A stretch of 64,000 bases of DNA, from assembly GCA_963821895.1 (NCBI GenBank), contig CAWGFQ010000007.1, positions 60,203-124,202 of the forward strand, read 5' to 3'. The translations under genes were made by a program, and so were the position numbers. This document shows, one piece after another, positions 45,633 to 56,567 of this stretch. Source of the DNA: an uncultured Solirubrobacterales bacterium (GTDB taxonomy: Bacteria; Actinomycetota; Thermoleophilia; Solirubrobacterales; Solirubrobacteraceae). Within the stretch, counting starts at the first letter, position 1. Every line of letters begins with the position of its first letter. The notes beneath the pieces are model-generated. The model worked only from the letters and a program-made list of their open reading frames with translations, did no database searches and had not been told where the DNA came from.

Positions 45633-48380
45633 ATGGCGAACCCACTCGAGGAGCTGGAGGGCCGCACCCGCTTTGAGCCGGGGGAGGTCGAGACGCGGAT
45701 CACCGCGCGGTGGCTGGCCAGCGGGCTGTTTCATCCCGAGCCGCGGGGCACGGCGCAGGAGAACTACTCCATTGCGATCCCGCCGCCCAACATCACGGGC
45801 TCATTGCACATGGGCCACGCGCTCAACGGGTCGATCCAGGATGTGCTGATCCGCTATCAGCGCATGAAGACGCAGCGAGCCGGGTTCTCGCCCGCCCGCG
45901 TGAAGTGGATCCTGGGGACCGACCATGCGGGCATCGCCACGCAGGCGCAGGTCGAGAAGGCGCTGCGCGCTGAGGGGACGAGCAGGCAGGAGATCGGCCG
46001 CGAGGCGTTCGAGCGGCGCGTGTGGGAGTGGCGCGAGCACTACGGGCACACGATCGTCGAGCAGTTCAAGCGGCTGGGGGCCTCGTGTGACTACGAGGAA
46101 GAGCGCTTCACGTTGGACGAGGGCTACCACCGGGCGGTGGTCAAGGTGTTCGTGGACCTGTATGAGCAGGGCCTCATCTACCGCGACCGTTACATCGTCA
46201 ACTGGGACCCCGGCTCGCAGTCGGCCATCTCCGATCTGGAGGTGGAGGAGCGGCGGGAGACCGACACGCTGTATTCGATCCGCTACGACCTGGCGGAGCA
46301 GGAGGGAGAGGGGCGTGACGGGGGCGGCGCCGGGTTTGGCGAGGAGGGCAGCGCCGGGGCGCACGAGGCGGGCAGCGTCACGATCGCCACCGTGCGGCCC
46401 GAGACGATGCTGGGGGACACAGCTGTGGCCGTGAACCCGCACGACGAGCGCTACCGCGCGCTGGTGGGGCGCAGCGCGGTGCTGCCGCTCGTGGGCCGGC
46501 ATCTGCCGATCCTCGCCGACGAGTACGTGAAGATGGACTTCGGCACCGGGCAGCTGAAGGTCACGCCCGCGCACGACCCCGCCGATTTTGAAATCGGCCA
46601 GCGTCACGAGCTCGAGCAGGTGTCGGTGATCGGCGAGGACGGGCGCATGACTTCCGAGGCCGGCGAGCGTTTCGCGGGGCTCACCGTGATGGAGGCGCGC
46701 GACGCTGTGGTGGCGGCGCTGCGCGAGGAAGGGCGCATCGTCGACGAAGAGCCATACGAGCACGAAGTGCCCTACTCGCACCGCTCGGGCAAGCGCATCG
46801 AGCCGCTCATCTCGCTGCAGTGGTTCATGCGCATGGACGAGCTGGCGGCGCCCGCGATCGAGGCGGTCACGAGCGGGGCCGTGCGGATCGTGCCCGACAA
46901 CCATCGCCGCGTGTACCTGGACTGGATGGAGAACATCCGGCCGTGGTGTGTGTCGCGTCAGCTGTGGTGGGGGCACCGGCTGCCCGTCTGGTACTGCGCG
47001 ACCTGCGATCACGTGCACGTCGCCGCGCAGGCGCCGCCGGGGTGCGTTGAATGCGGGGGGGAGCTGAGGCAGGAGGAGGATGTGCTCGACACCTGGTTCT
47101 CCTCCGCGCTGTGGCCCTTCGCCACGCTCGGCTGGCCCGAGCAGACCCCGGAGCTTGAGGCGTTCTACCCGACGAACGTGCTCTCCACGGCGCGCGACAT
47201 CCTGTTCCTGTGGGTCGCGCGCATGATCATGATGGGCCTGCGCTTCACCGGGTGCCCGCCGTTTCAGGACGTCTACATCCACACCGTGATCCAGGCCCCC
47301 GACGGGCGGCGCATGTCCAAGTCGCTCGGCACCGGCATCGATCCGCTGGAGGAGATCGATCGCCACGGGGCCGACGCCGTGCGCTTCGGCCTGCTCGCCA
47401 TGAGCTCCTCCCAGGACGTGCGCTACTCGGCCGAGAAGGTGCAGCAGGGGCAGGCGCTCGCCAACAAGCTGTTCAACGCCGCGCGCTTCGTGCTGCTGCG
47501 GATCGCCGAGGGGCGGGGGGGAGCGAGCGACGCCGCGGCGCAGCCCCTGCCCGAGCCGCGCGCGGTCGAGGATCGCTGGATTCTTTCGCGCTTGCAGCAG
47601 ATCGAGGCCGACACCGCCGCGCGCATCGAGGATTACGACTTCTCCCATGCCTCTCTCGGGTTGTACGACTTCGTCTACGGCGAGCTGTGCGATTGGTACC
47701 TGGAGTTGGTCAAGCATCGGCTCACCGGCGCGGGCGCGGGCGCGGTGGATGGCGGTGAGGCGCCTGACGGCGGCGGTGAGGAGGATCGCCGTGCGCTGGC
47801 GTCGATACTCATGCACGTCCTGCGCGAGACCGTCGCCATGTGCCACCCGGTGATTCCGTTCGTAACGGAGGAGCTGTGGTCATACCTGGAGCCCGGCGGA
47901 GAACTGCTGGCGGGCTCCGTCTACCCGCATTGCGAGCGCTCTTTGATCGACCCCGATGCCGAGGTCTGCATGGAGCGCGCGATTGAGGCGATCACGGCGA
48001 TAAGAGGCTGGCGCGACAGTATGAGTGCGCGTCCGGGGCTCGTCATACCGGCTGCTCTGAACGCCAAGGGCTATGACACGACGGCCGAAGCCGTGGGTAG
48101 GTTGGCGCGACTGGATCTGTCCGTTGCCACGGATGGCGCGGAGCCGGTCGCCTCAGTGGCGATACCCGGAGGTACCCTGGAGGTGCTGTCTGCCGAGGGC
48201 CTGGATCTGCAGGCCGCCGAGCACCGTCGCGCGGCCGAGCGCGAGCGGCTGCAGAAGGAGATCGCGCGCGTGCAGGGCAAGCTGGCCAACGAGGGCTTCC
48301 TCGCCAAGGCGCCGGCCGCGGTCGTGGATGGCGAGCGCACCAAGCTGGCGCATCTAGAGGCGGAGCTGCAAGCGCTATGA
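45633..48380 (+). CDS. valS: Valine--tRNA ligase
   Basis: PPPNITGSLHMGH, TVRPET, WCVSRQLWWGH, RMSKS and a C-terminal coiled coil. Confidence 0.98.
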   Translation: MANPLEELEGRTRFEPGEVETRITARWLASGLFHPEPRGTAQENYSIAIPPPNITGSLHMGHALNGSIQDVLIRYQRMKTQRAGFSPARVKWILGTDHAGIATQAQVEKALRAEGTSRQEIGREAFERRVWEWREHYGHTIVEQFKRLGASCDYEEERFTLDEGYHRAVVKVFVDLYEQGLIYRDRYIVNWDPGSQSAISDLEVEERRETDTLYSIRYDLAEQEGEGRDGGGAGFGEEGSAGAHEAGSVTIATVRPETMLGDTAVAVNPHDERYRALVGRSAVLPLVGRHLPILADEYVKMDFGTGQLKVTPAHDPADFEIGQRHELEQVSVIGEDGRMTSEAGERFAGLTVMEARDAVVAALREEGRIVDEEPYEHEVPYSHRSGKRIEPLISLQWFMRMDELAAPAIEAVTSGAVRIVPDNHRRVYLDWMENIRPWCVSRQLWWGHRLPVWYCATCDHVHVAAQAPPGCVECGGELRQEEDVLDTWFSSALWPFATLGWPEQTPELEAFYPTNVLSTARDILFLWVARMIMMGLRFTGCPPFQDVYIHTVIQAPDGRRMSKSLGTGIDPLEEIDRHGADAVRFGLLAMSSSQDVRYSAEKVQQGQALANKLFNAARFVLLRIAEGRGGASDAAAQPLPEPRAVEDRWILSRLQQIEADTAARIEDYDFSHASLGLYDFVYGELCDWYLELVKHRLTGAGAGAVDGGEAPDGGGEEDRRALASILMHVLRETVAMCHPVIPFVTEELWSYLEPGGELLAGSVYPHCERSLIDPDAEVCMERAIEAITAIRGWRDSMSARPGLVIPAALNAKGYDTTAEAVGRLARLDLSVATDGAEPVASVAIPGGTLEVLSAEGLDLQAAEHRRAAERERLQKEIARVQGKLANEGFLAKAPAAVVDGERTKLAHLEAELQAL

Positions 48381-49744
48381 GCGAGCGTTGGAGCGGCGAT
48401 CGCGCCGAGCGCCACCTGCGCTCGCTGGAGCTGTTCGGGATGCGCTTCGGTCTCGACCGGATGCGGCGCATGATGACCGCGCTCGGCTCGCCCGAGCGCG
48501 AGTACCGCTCGATTCATGTGCTCGGCACCAACGGCAAGACCTCCACCACGCGCATGACCGCCGCGATCCTGCGGCGCCACGGCCTGCGCACCGGCACCTA
48601 CACCTCGCCGCACCTCGTCTCCTACGGCGAACGCGTGCAGGTGGACGAAGAGCCGGTGGAGATGGGCGCCTTCGCCGCGGCCGTGGCCCGCGCCGCGTGG
48701 GCGGCGGAGCGCGTCAACCGCACGCTCGGTGAGAACGACCACGTAACGCAGTTCGAACTGCTCACGGCGGCTGCCTTCTGGGAGCTGGCGCGGCGCGGCG
48801 TGCAGGTCGCCGTCATCGAGGCCGGCCTGGGTGGGCGCTACGACGCCACCAGCGTGATCGACTCCGAGGTCACCGTGCTGACAAACGTCGGTCTCGAGCA
48901 CACGCGCTGGCTCGGTCCGACGGTGGCGGACATCGCCGAGGAGAAGCTCGCGGTCGTCAGGCCCCACAACACGCTCGCGCTCGGCCAGAGCCTGCATCCC
49001 GACGCGCTCGCCGTGGCCCGCCGCGTGGCCGCCGAGCAGCAGGCTCAGATCGTGCAGGTGGGGAAGGACGAGACGTGGTCGCAGCCGCTGCTCGCCGCCG
49101 GCGCGTTCCAGCGGGCGAACTTCGCGCTCGCGCGGTTGGCGGCCGAGTCGTATCTGCGGGGCGCCGGCATCGAGCCGCGCCAGGAGGCGATCGCGGACGC
49201 CGCGCTTGAAACCGCCACGCCGGGTCGCATGCAGGTGCTCGGCGGGGGTCCCGGCGGGGACCCGGGCGGAGGCCTCGGTGGGGACCCGGGCGGAGGCCTC
49301 GGTGGGGACCCGGGCGGAGGCCTCGGCGGGGATCCCCTGACGGTGCTCGACGGGGCGCACAATCCCGATGCGGCACGTGCGCTCGCGGAGTCCCTGCCGG
49401 AGCTGTTGCAGGGCCGGCGGGTGGGTTTGGTGTTGGGCGTGCTGGAGGATAAGGACGCCGCAGCGATGCTGCACACGCTGCTGCCTCTGTGCGAGCGGGC
49501 CTGGTTCACCGCGCCGCCCAGTCCTCGTGCGCTGTCCCCCGCGGCGCTGCAGTCGCTGGCGCGCCAGCAGGGCTTCGCAGACGCCGTCTGCGAGCCGAGG
49601 CCACAGCAGGCGCTTGCGCTTGCGCGTGGGTGGGCGCGGGAGCAGCCCGCGAGCCGGGCGGTGCTGGCCACCGGCTCGATCTATCTCGTGGGGGATCTGC
49701 TCGGTGAGGGCGAGGAATCCTCGCGGCGGGAGGTGGGACGTTGA
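48377..49744 (+). CDS. folC: Folylpolyglutamate synthase / dihydrofolate synthase
   Basis: GTNGKTST, YTSPHL, EAGLGGRYDAT, DGAHN and TGSIYLVG. Confidence 0.96.
   Translation: MSERWSGDRAERHLRSLELFGMRFGLDRMRRMMTALGSPEREYRSIHVLGTNGKTSTTRMTAAILRRHGLRTGTYTSPHLVSYGERVQVDEEPVEMGAFAAAVARAAWAAERVNRTLGENDHVTQFELLTAAAFWELARRGVQVAVIEAGLGGRYDATSVIDSEVTVLTNVGLEHTRWLGPTVADIAEEKLAVVRPHNTLALGQSLHPDALAVARRVAAEQQAQIVQVGKDETWSQPLLAAGAFQRANFALARLAAESYLRGAGIEPRQEAIADAALETATPGRMQVLGGGPGGDPGGGLGGDPGGGLGGDPGGGLGGDPLTVLDGAHNPDAARALAESLPELLQGRRVGLVLGVLEDKDAAAMLHTLLPLCERAWFTAPPSPRALSPAALQSLARQQGFADAVCEPRPQQALALARGWAREQPASRAVLATGSIYLVGDLLGEGEESSRREVGR
49253..49336 (+). repeat. In-frame 24-bp tandem repeat (~3.5 copies, GGDPGGGL) inside folC
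   Basis: GGGGA(C/T)CC recurs at 49256, 49280, 49304 and 49328. Confidence 0.93.
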
Positions 49745-49857
49745 ACGACGACGGCCCCTCGGTGCTGAAGATGGTCGGGGCGGTGGCGCTCGGCGTGGCG
49801 CTCGTGATCCTCGTTTTCTTCGCCGCCGGCTACGGATTCGGCAGGCTGTTCCTGTGA
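49741..49857 (+). CDS. Small single-pass membrane protein (38 aa), not in the ORF track
   Basis: GGAGGT RBS and a TTG overlapping the folC stop (TTGA). Reads MNDDGPSVLKMVGAVALGVALVILVFFAAGYGFGRLFL with host-like codons. Confidence 0.7.
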   Translation: MNDDGPSVLKMVGAVALGVALVILVFFAAGYGFGRLFL

Positions 49858-49959
49858 CGGCGGCTGGCCCCGCGGCGCATGACATTTCCCCATTCCCGCC
49901 GCGCTAGGCACTAAACTCGGCCGCTCGCGCCCACATTGGGCCCGGAGCGGACGCCTCCA

Positions 49960-50655
49960 ATGCCAACCCTCGCCTACTTCGGAATCAACAGCAGCGGCCT
50001 GAACCTGGCCATCGACGTGCTGATCATCTTCGTCGTGGTCCTGTATTTCTCGCTGATCTTCTGGACCTACAAGGACGCCAAACGACGCGTCGCTGACCCG
50101 GTGCTGATCATGGCCGCGGTCGTGGCCTCGCTGTTCCCCTACGTGGGCACGGTCATCTACATCATCCTGCGCCCGCCCGAGTACCTGGAGGACATCCGCG
50201 AGCGCGAACTCGAAACCCACGCCGCGGAGGTGCGCCTGGCGCAGCTGGAGCAGAGCCTGTGCCCCCACTGCGACCATCACATCGAGCGCGACTTCCTGCG
50301 CTGCCCCGGCTGCCTGCGCAAGCTCAAGGAGCCCTGTCAGAGCTGCGGCAAGCCGCTGGAGCGCACGTGGTCGCTGTGCCCCTACTGCGAAGCCGACGTG
50401 CCCGGCGCCAAAGCGCCACGGCGCACCACGCGCAAACGCGAGCGCGCCGAGGCCGGCGCCGGCAGCAGTGCCGCCGCGCCCGCGGCGGCCACGCGCGCGA
50501 TCGTGATCGAGAGCGAGGCGCAGACCGGCGAAAGCGACGCGCTGGGCGATGACGACAATCGCACGGCCGTGCCGGCCGCAAAGCCGGCTCCCGCATCCGG
50601 TGGCACCGCCCGACCTGCGCGGGCCAGCCGCCCCCGGCCGAGCTCAAGCTCCTAA
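49960..50655 (+). CDS. Membrane protein with a double zinc ribbon
   Basis: Two hydrophobic segments, then CPHC, CPGC, CQSC and CPYC. Confidence 0.85.
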   Translation: MPTLAYFGINSSGLNLAIDVLIIFVVVLYFSLIFWTYKDAKRRVADPVLIMAAVVASLFPYVGTVIYIILRPPEYLEDIRERELETHAAEVRLAQLEQSLCPHCDHHIERDFLRCPGCLRKLKEPCQSCGKPLERTWSLCPYCEADVPGAKAPRRTTRKRERAEAGAGSSAAAPAAATRAIVIESEAQTGESDALGDDDNRTAVPAAKPAPASGGTARPARASRPRPSSSS

Positions 50656-50681
50656 CCTCCAATCCAACCGCAAAGGACTCC

Positions 50682-51086
50682 ATGGACCGCACGCTGATCC
50701 TCGTAAAGCCCGACGCCTTCGCCCGCTCGCTGACCGGCGAGATCATCGCTCGCTTCGAGCGCAAGGGGCTGCGCCTGGTGGCCCTGCGGCACATGACGAT
50801 GAGCAGGGAGCTGGCCGAGCAGCACTACGCCGAGCACGCCGAGCGCCCGTTCTTCGGGGAGTTGGTGGACTTCATCACCTCGGGCCCGCTGGTGGCGATG
50901 GTGCTTGAGGGGGTGCAGGCCGTGAAGGCCGCCCGTCAGGCGATCGGCGCGACCAACCCGCTGGAGGCGGCGCCCGGCTCGATCCGCGGCGACTTCGCGA
51001 TCGAGACCGGCCAGAACATGGTGCACGGCTCGGACTCGCCCGAGTCCGCCGCGCGCGAGGCGGCCTTGTTCTTCCCGGAGCTGTGA
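50682..51086 (+). CDS. ndk: Nucleoside diphosphate kinase
   Basis: [13 protein letters not shown] and NMVHGSDS. Confidence 0.97.
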   Translation: MDRTLILVKPDAFARSLTGEIIARFERKGLRLVALRHMTMSRELAEQHYAEHAERPFFGELVDFITSGPLVAMVLEGVQAVKAARQAIGATNPLEAAPGSIRGDFAIETGQNMVHGSDSPESAAREAALFFPEL

Positions 51087-51652
51087 GTAGACCACCGCTC
51101 GTACTCGCCTCCGCCTCGCCCCAGCGCAGGGCGATCCTGCAGCGTCTGGGGGTTGACTTCGAGGTGCGGCCCGCCGATGTGGTCGAGCTGGAACGGGGTG
51201 ACCCGGCACAGGTTGCCGGCGAGAACGCGATGCTCAAGGCGCGCGCCGCGCTGGCGCCCGACACGCCGGAGGTCGTCCTCGGCGTGGACACGCTCGTGAC
51301 GCTCGATGGAGCGATCTACGGCAAGCCCGGCGATGAAGAGCACGCCCGCGCGACGCTGCGCGCGCTCAGCGATGCCACGCACAGCGTGCTCAGCGGTGTG
51401 GCGCTGCTGCTGCCCGGCGAGGAGGAGCGCACGGCGGTGGTGAGCACGAAGGTGACCTTTCGCGCGCTCAGCGAGGAGCTGTTGAGCTGGTACGTCGCCG
51501 CCGGCGAGTGGCGCGATCGCTCAGGCGGCTATGCCATCCAGGGTAGGGGCTCCGTGCTCGTGCGCTCGATCGAGGGCGACTTCCAGAACGTCGTCGGGCT
51601 GCCGCTGGCGGCGCTGCTGGATCTCTACCCCGAGATGTTGGAAGATTTTTAG
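51083..51652 (+). CDS. maf: Maf-family nucleotide pyrophosphatase
   Basis: [20 protein letters not shown] and NVVGLP. Confidence 0.94.
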   Translation: MSRPPLVLASASPQRRAILQRLGVDFEVRPADVVELERGDPAQVAGENAMLKARAALAPDTPEVVLGVDTLVTLDGAIYGKPGDEEHARATLRALSDATHSVLSGVALLLPGEEERTAVVSTKVTFRALSEELLSWYVAAGEWRDRSGGYAIQGRGSVLVRSIEGDFQNVVGLPLAALLDLYPEMLEDF

Positions 51653-51789
51653 GGGGAAGGGAGGGGTCGCGTAGCTGTGAGCAGGGCACCGTTTGTCCTG
51701 CAAATCCGCTGGCAGCCCTATCGGTCGCCGGGTGGGGTCCGCTACACTGCCCGCGGGCGTGCCCTGGCCGGAGACGCGGCTTTTCGTGA

Positions 51790-52878
<1,089 letters not shown>

Positions 52879-53049
52879 GTGGGGCGCCACAGGGTGGGGT
52901 CCGATGGCAGGCGGCGGGTTGCGCACAGAGCGATGTGGCGCCGCGCCATTGGCGCCCGGTTAACGTATTCCGATGCTCGCTCGCGGGCGCGCCTGTGCGC
53001 CTATCGTGAGCGTACCCTTTGCCCCTGATCACTTGGAAGGTCCCCACCC

Positions 53050-53901
53050 GTGTATGACAAGACGGTCAGGCGCCGGCGCGCCGTGCTGGTGGCGCTCGTC
53101 GCGCTCTCGCTGATACTGCTCACCGCCTACTTCCGCGAGGCCCCCAGCGGGGGTCTGCATTCGCTGCAGCGCGGCTTTCTGACGGTCGTCTCTCCCATCC
53201 AGGACGGCGCCAACGCGGCGCTCAAGCCGGTGCGCAACCTGTTTGGCTGGTTCGGCGACACGCTGCACGCCAAGAGCCAGCGCAACGAACTGCGCAAGCA
53301 GGTGGATGAGCTGCAGCGCGAGCTGATCGCCAAGCAGTTCGACGAACGCTCCTACCGCGAACTGCTGGCGCTGCTGCACCTCGACAACCGGATCTCGGCC
53401 GCCAGCTACACGCCCGTCACGGCCACGGTCGTGTTCAAGTCGCCCAACATCTGGTATTCCACGGTGACCATCAACGCCGGCAGCGCAAACGGGGTGCGCG
53501 TCAACGACCCCGTCATCAACGGCGAAGGGCTGGTGGGCAAGGTCACGCAGGTGTACGGCGACGGCGCCCAGGTGAGCCTCATCACCGACAGCGAAGTGGG
53601 CGTCAGTGCGATGGTCAACTCAAGCGGCGTCACAGGCATCGTGCAGCCGAAGGTTGGCGACCCCAACGATCTGCTGCTGGAGTACCTGCCCGCCAACTCC
53701 ACGCCCAACCCCGGAGACTACGTGGTCACCTCCGGCACGGTGGCCAGCGGCGGGGAATCGCTGTTTCCGCGCGGCATTCCGATCGGACAGGTCAGCTCGA
53801 CTGAAGAAAACAGTCCCTACAAGGCCGTCAACGTGCACCCGCTGGCCAACCTGCACAACCTCGAAACGGTGCAGGTGCTCACGGGCGTGAGGGGGGCGTG
53901 A
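53050..53901 (+). CDS. mreC: Rod shape-determining protein MreC
   Basis: Transmembrane segment plus coiled coil, GLVGKV, VVTSG and FPRGIPIG. Position in the operon. Confidence 0.93.
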   Translation: MYDKTVRRRRAVLVALVALSLILLTAYFREAPSGGLHSLQRGFLTVVSPIQDGANAALKPVRNLFGWFGDTLHAKSQRNELRKQVDELQRELIAKQFDERSYRELLALLHLDNRISAASYTPVTATVVFKSPNIWYSTVTINAGSANGVRVNDPVINGEGLVGKVTQVYGDGAQVSLITDSEVGVSAMVNSSGVTGIVQPKVGDPNDLLLEYLPANSTPNPGDYVVTSGTVASGGESLFPRGIPIGQVSSTEENSPYKAVNVHPLANLHNLETVQVLTGVRGA

Positions 53902-54473
53902 TGGGCACCGGGGTCTCCGCGCCGCTCGCCCTGCGCATAGCGGCGCTCTCGGTGGCGCTTGTGTTCGTGGAGATCGGCGTGATCTCCGAGGTGCCCGTGT
54001 TTGGGGTGACGATCGACGTCTCGCCACTGCTTGTGGCGTTTGTGGGCCTCACCTGCGGCTCCACGGTGGGCGCGGTCACGGGCTTCGGCGTGGGTCTGCT
54101 GGTGGACTTGATGCTGGCGCAGACGCTCGGTGTCACATCGCTGGTGTTCACGGTGATCGGGTATTGGGCCGGGCGGCTGCGCGAACTGCGCGATCCGCAG
54201 GCCGCCATCGCGCCGCTGCTGGTCGGCGCCTGCGCTGCGGCCGTGGCGCTGGTGGGCTACTCGGTGATCGAGTTCCTGCTCGGCGTCGATGCCCCTGTGA
54301 GCCTCGATCTGCTGCGCCAGATCGTCCTGGGGATCGTCGTGGATACGGTGCTCGCGCTGCCGATGTGGCTGCTGGTGCGGCGGGTGCTCGATCCTGCCCT
54401 GCCCGACGATCCGCGCCGGCGCCGGCGGCGTGCGTACACCACGGGCGGGCTGAGCCCACTGTCGCGCTCATGA
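53898..54473 (+). CDS. mreD: Rod shape-determining protein MreD
   Basis: Polytopic membrane protein (GF.VGLLVDL...LG) between mreC and mrdA. Confidence 0.88.
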   Translation: MMGTGVSAPLALRIAALSVALVFVEIGVISEVPVFGVTIDVSPLLVAFVGLTCGSTVGAVTGFGVGLLVDLMLAQTLGVTSLVFTVIGYWAGRLRELRDPQAAIAPLLVGACAAAVALVGYSVIEFLLGVDAPVSLDLLRQIVLGIVVDTVLALPMWLLVRRVLDPALPDDPRRRRRRAYTTGGLSPLSRS

Positions 54474-56470
54474 GCACGATCGATCACCTGCGCTCCTCCG
54501 ACCCGCCGCGCACCAACGTGCCGCCGCAGCTGGCGCTGCGCGTGGCGATCGTGGGCGGGATCGCGCTCGTCATGTTCGGCGTGATCTTCTTCCGCCTGTG
54601 GTACCTGCAGGTGCTCAGCGGCGAACAGTACGTGCACCAGGCCAACGTCAACCGCCTGCGCTCGCTGTCGATCCCCGCGCCGCGCGGGCAGATCTTCGAC
54701 AGCGAAGGGCAGCCGATCGTCTCCAGCCGCACCACCAACGCGGTGCAGATCACGCCCTCGGCGCTGCCCCAGACCGCTGCCGGCAAGCGCGTGCTGTATC
54801 GGCGGCTGGGGCGGCTGCTGGGCATGAGCGCGCGCCACATCGAGGATCTCGTCGCCAAGGGGCACTATGCACTGCCCTACGCGCCCGTCACGATCAAGAC
54901 CGCCGCCGGCCCGGCCGCGCTGACCGTGCTCGCCGAGCGCCAGAACGACTTCCCCGGGGTCTCCCAGGAACCGATCTCGATCCGCGCCTATCCCGACGCG
55001 CGGATGGCGGCGCACGTGCTCGGCCACGTCGGCCCCGTCTCCACAGAAGAGCTCAAGACCCCGGCCTTCCGCGGCTTGCCGCCGAACACGATCGTCGGGC
55101 AGGAAGGCGTCGAGTTCTACTACGACCGCTACCTGCGCGGGCGGCCCGGCGCGCGCTGGGTGGAGGTCAACTCCGAAGGGCAGGCGGTGCCGGCGGCGCA
55201 CACGACCCCGACCCTGCCCAAGGCCGGCTACAGCCTCAAGCTCACGCTCGACCGCGGCCTGCAGCGCGAGGGCGAAGAAGCGCTGCAGCAGGGCATCGGC
55301 CTGGCCAACGCCGACGGCAACCCCGCGCCCGCGGGGGCCTTCGTGGCGCTCAATCCGCTTAACGGCGAAGTGCTGGCGCTGGGCTCCTACCCCAACTTCG
55401 ACCCCAACCTGTTCGCGCGGCCACTCACCGACGAAGAATACGAAGCGCTGCTCGGCAAACGCCACCATCAGCCGTTCGAGCCCGCGCCGCTGCAGAACCG
55501 CGCCGTCAACGCCGGCTACCCGACAGGTTCTACGTTCAAGCCGATCACCGCGATGGCGACCCTGGAAGCCGGCGTGCTCGACCCCAACGCCTCGCTCGGC
55601 GCAGGCTCGTGCATCCACGTCTCCACCGAGCAGTTCTGCAACGCCGGCCACGCCGAATACGGCGGCCTCGACTTGGTCAACGCGCTGCGTGTCTCCTCCG
55701 ACACCTACTTCTTCGAAGTCGGCGAGATGGCCAACTCGCACGGCAACATCATCCAGGAAAAGGCGCACGAACTGGGGATCGGCGAGAAGACCGGCATCGA
55801 CCTGCCCGAAGAGCTCACCGGCACCGTCCCCGACCCGCACTGGCGCGCCGTCGAGAACAAGCTCCAGGAAGAGTGCGAACACAGCCCCCACCACGGCCCC
55901 TGCGACATCGTCTCGGAAATCCGCCCGTGGACGGTGGGCGACGACATGCACCTCGCCGTCGGGCAGGGCGATCTGTTGACATCGCCGTTGCAGATGGCCG
56001 TCGCCTACTCCACCCTCGCCAACGCCTACCGCCGCGGCGGCTACGGAACCGTCGTCACACCCCACCTGGGGATGGAGATCGACGACGCAAATGGCGGGCT
56101 CGTGCGCACGCTGAGCGCTCCGCCCAAGCGCCACGTGCGCCTCAACGACGCCGACCTGAGCCTCGTGATGGAAGGCATCCACGACGCCACCAGCATGGCC
56201 GGGGGCACCTCCGCCGACGTGTGGGCGGGCTGGGATCAGGGGGCCCATCCGGTGTTTGGGAAGACGGGCACCGCAGAACGCGCCGGACAGGCCGATCAGG
56301 CCTGGTACATGTGCTACGTCGCCGACGCCAAGCACCCGATCGTGATCGCCGTGACGATCGAACAGGGCGGCTTCGGCGACCAGTCCGCGGCGCCGGTCGC
56401 GCGCCTGTTGGCATCGCAGTGGTTTGGGCAGACCAAGAAGCTCGTACACGGCACGAACAGGAGCCTGTAA
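54470..56470 (+). CDS. mrdA: Penicillin-binding protein 2
   Basis: RLWYLQV, PAPRGQI, STFK (SxxK), SSD (SxD) and KTG. Confidence 0.95.
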   Translation: MSTIDHLRSSDPPRTNVPPQLALRVAIVGGIALVMFGVIFFRLWYLQVLSGEQYVHQANVNRLRSLSIPAPRGQIFDSEGQPIVSSRTTNAVQITPSALPQTAAGKRVLYRRLGRLLGMSARHIEDLVAKGHYALPYAPVTIKTAAGPAALTVLAERQNDFPGVSQEPISIRAYPDARMAAHVLGHVGPVSTEELKTPAFRGLPPNTIVGQEGVEFYYDRYLRGRPGARWVEVNSEGQAVPAAHTTPTLPKAGYSLKLTLDRGLQREGEEALQQGIGLANADGNPAPAGAFVALNPLNGEVLALGSYPNFDPNLFARPLTDEEYEALLGKRHHQPFEPAPLQNRAVNAGYPTGSTFKPITAMATLEAGVLDPNASLGAGSCIHVSTEQFCNAGHAEYGGLDLVNALRVSSDTYFFEVGEMANSHGNIIQEKAHELGIGEKTGIDLPEELTGTVPDPHWRAVENKLQEECEHSPHHGPCDIVSEIRPWTVGDDMHLAVGQGDLLTSPLQMAVAYSTLANAYRRGGYGTVVTPHLGMEIDDANGGLVRTLSAPPKRHVRLNDADLSLVMEGIHDATSMAGGTSADVWAGWDQGAHPVFGKTGTAERAGQADQAWYMCYVADAKHPIVIAVTIEQGGFGDQSAAPVARLLASQWFGQTKKLVHGTNRSL

Positions 56471-56567
56471 TGCGCGGCGCGAGCGCAGGAGCCGTGTCGC
56501 ATACGCTCGCCGTCGGACGCGGCGCGGCGCTCGGCGGGGGCGGCCGCGGCAAGCGTGGGAGGCGGCC

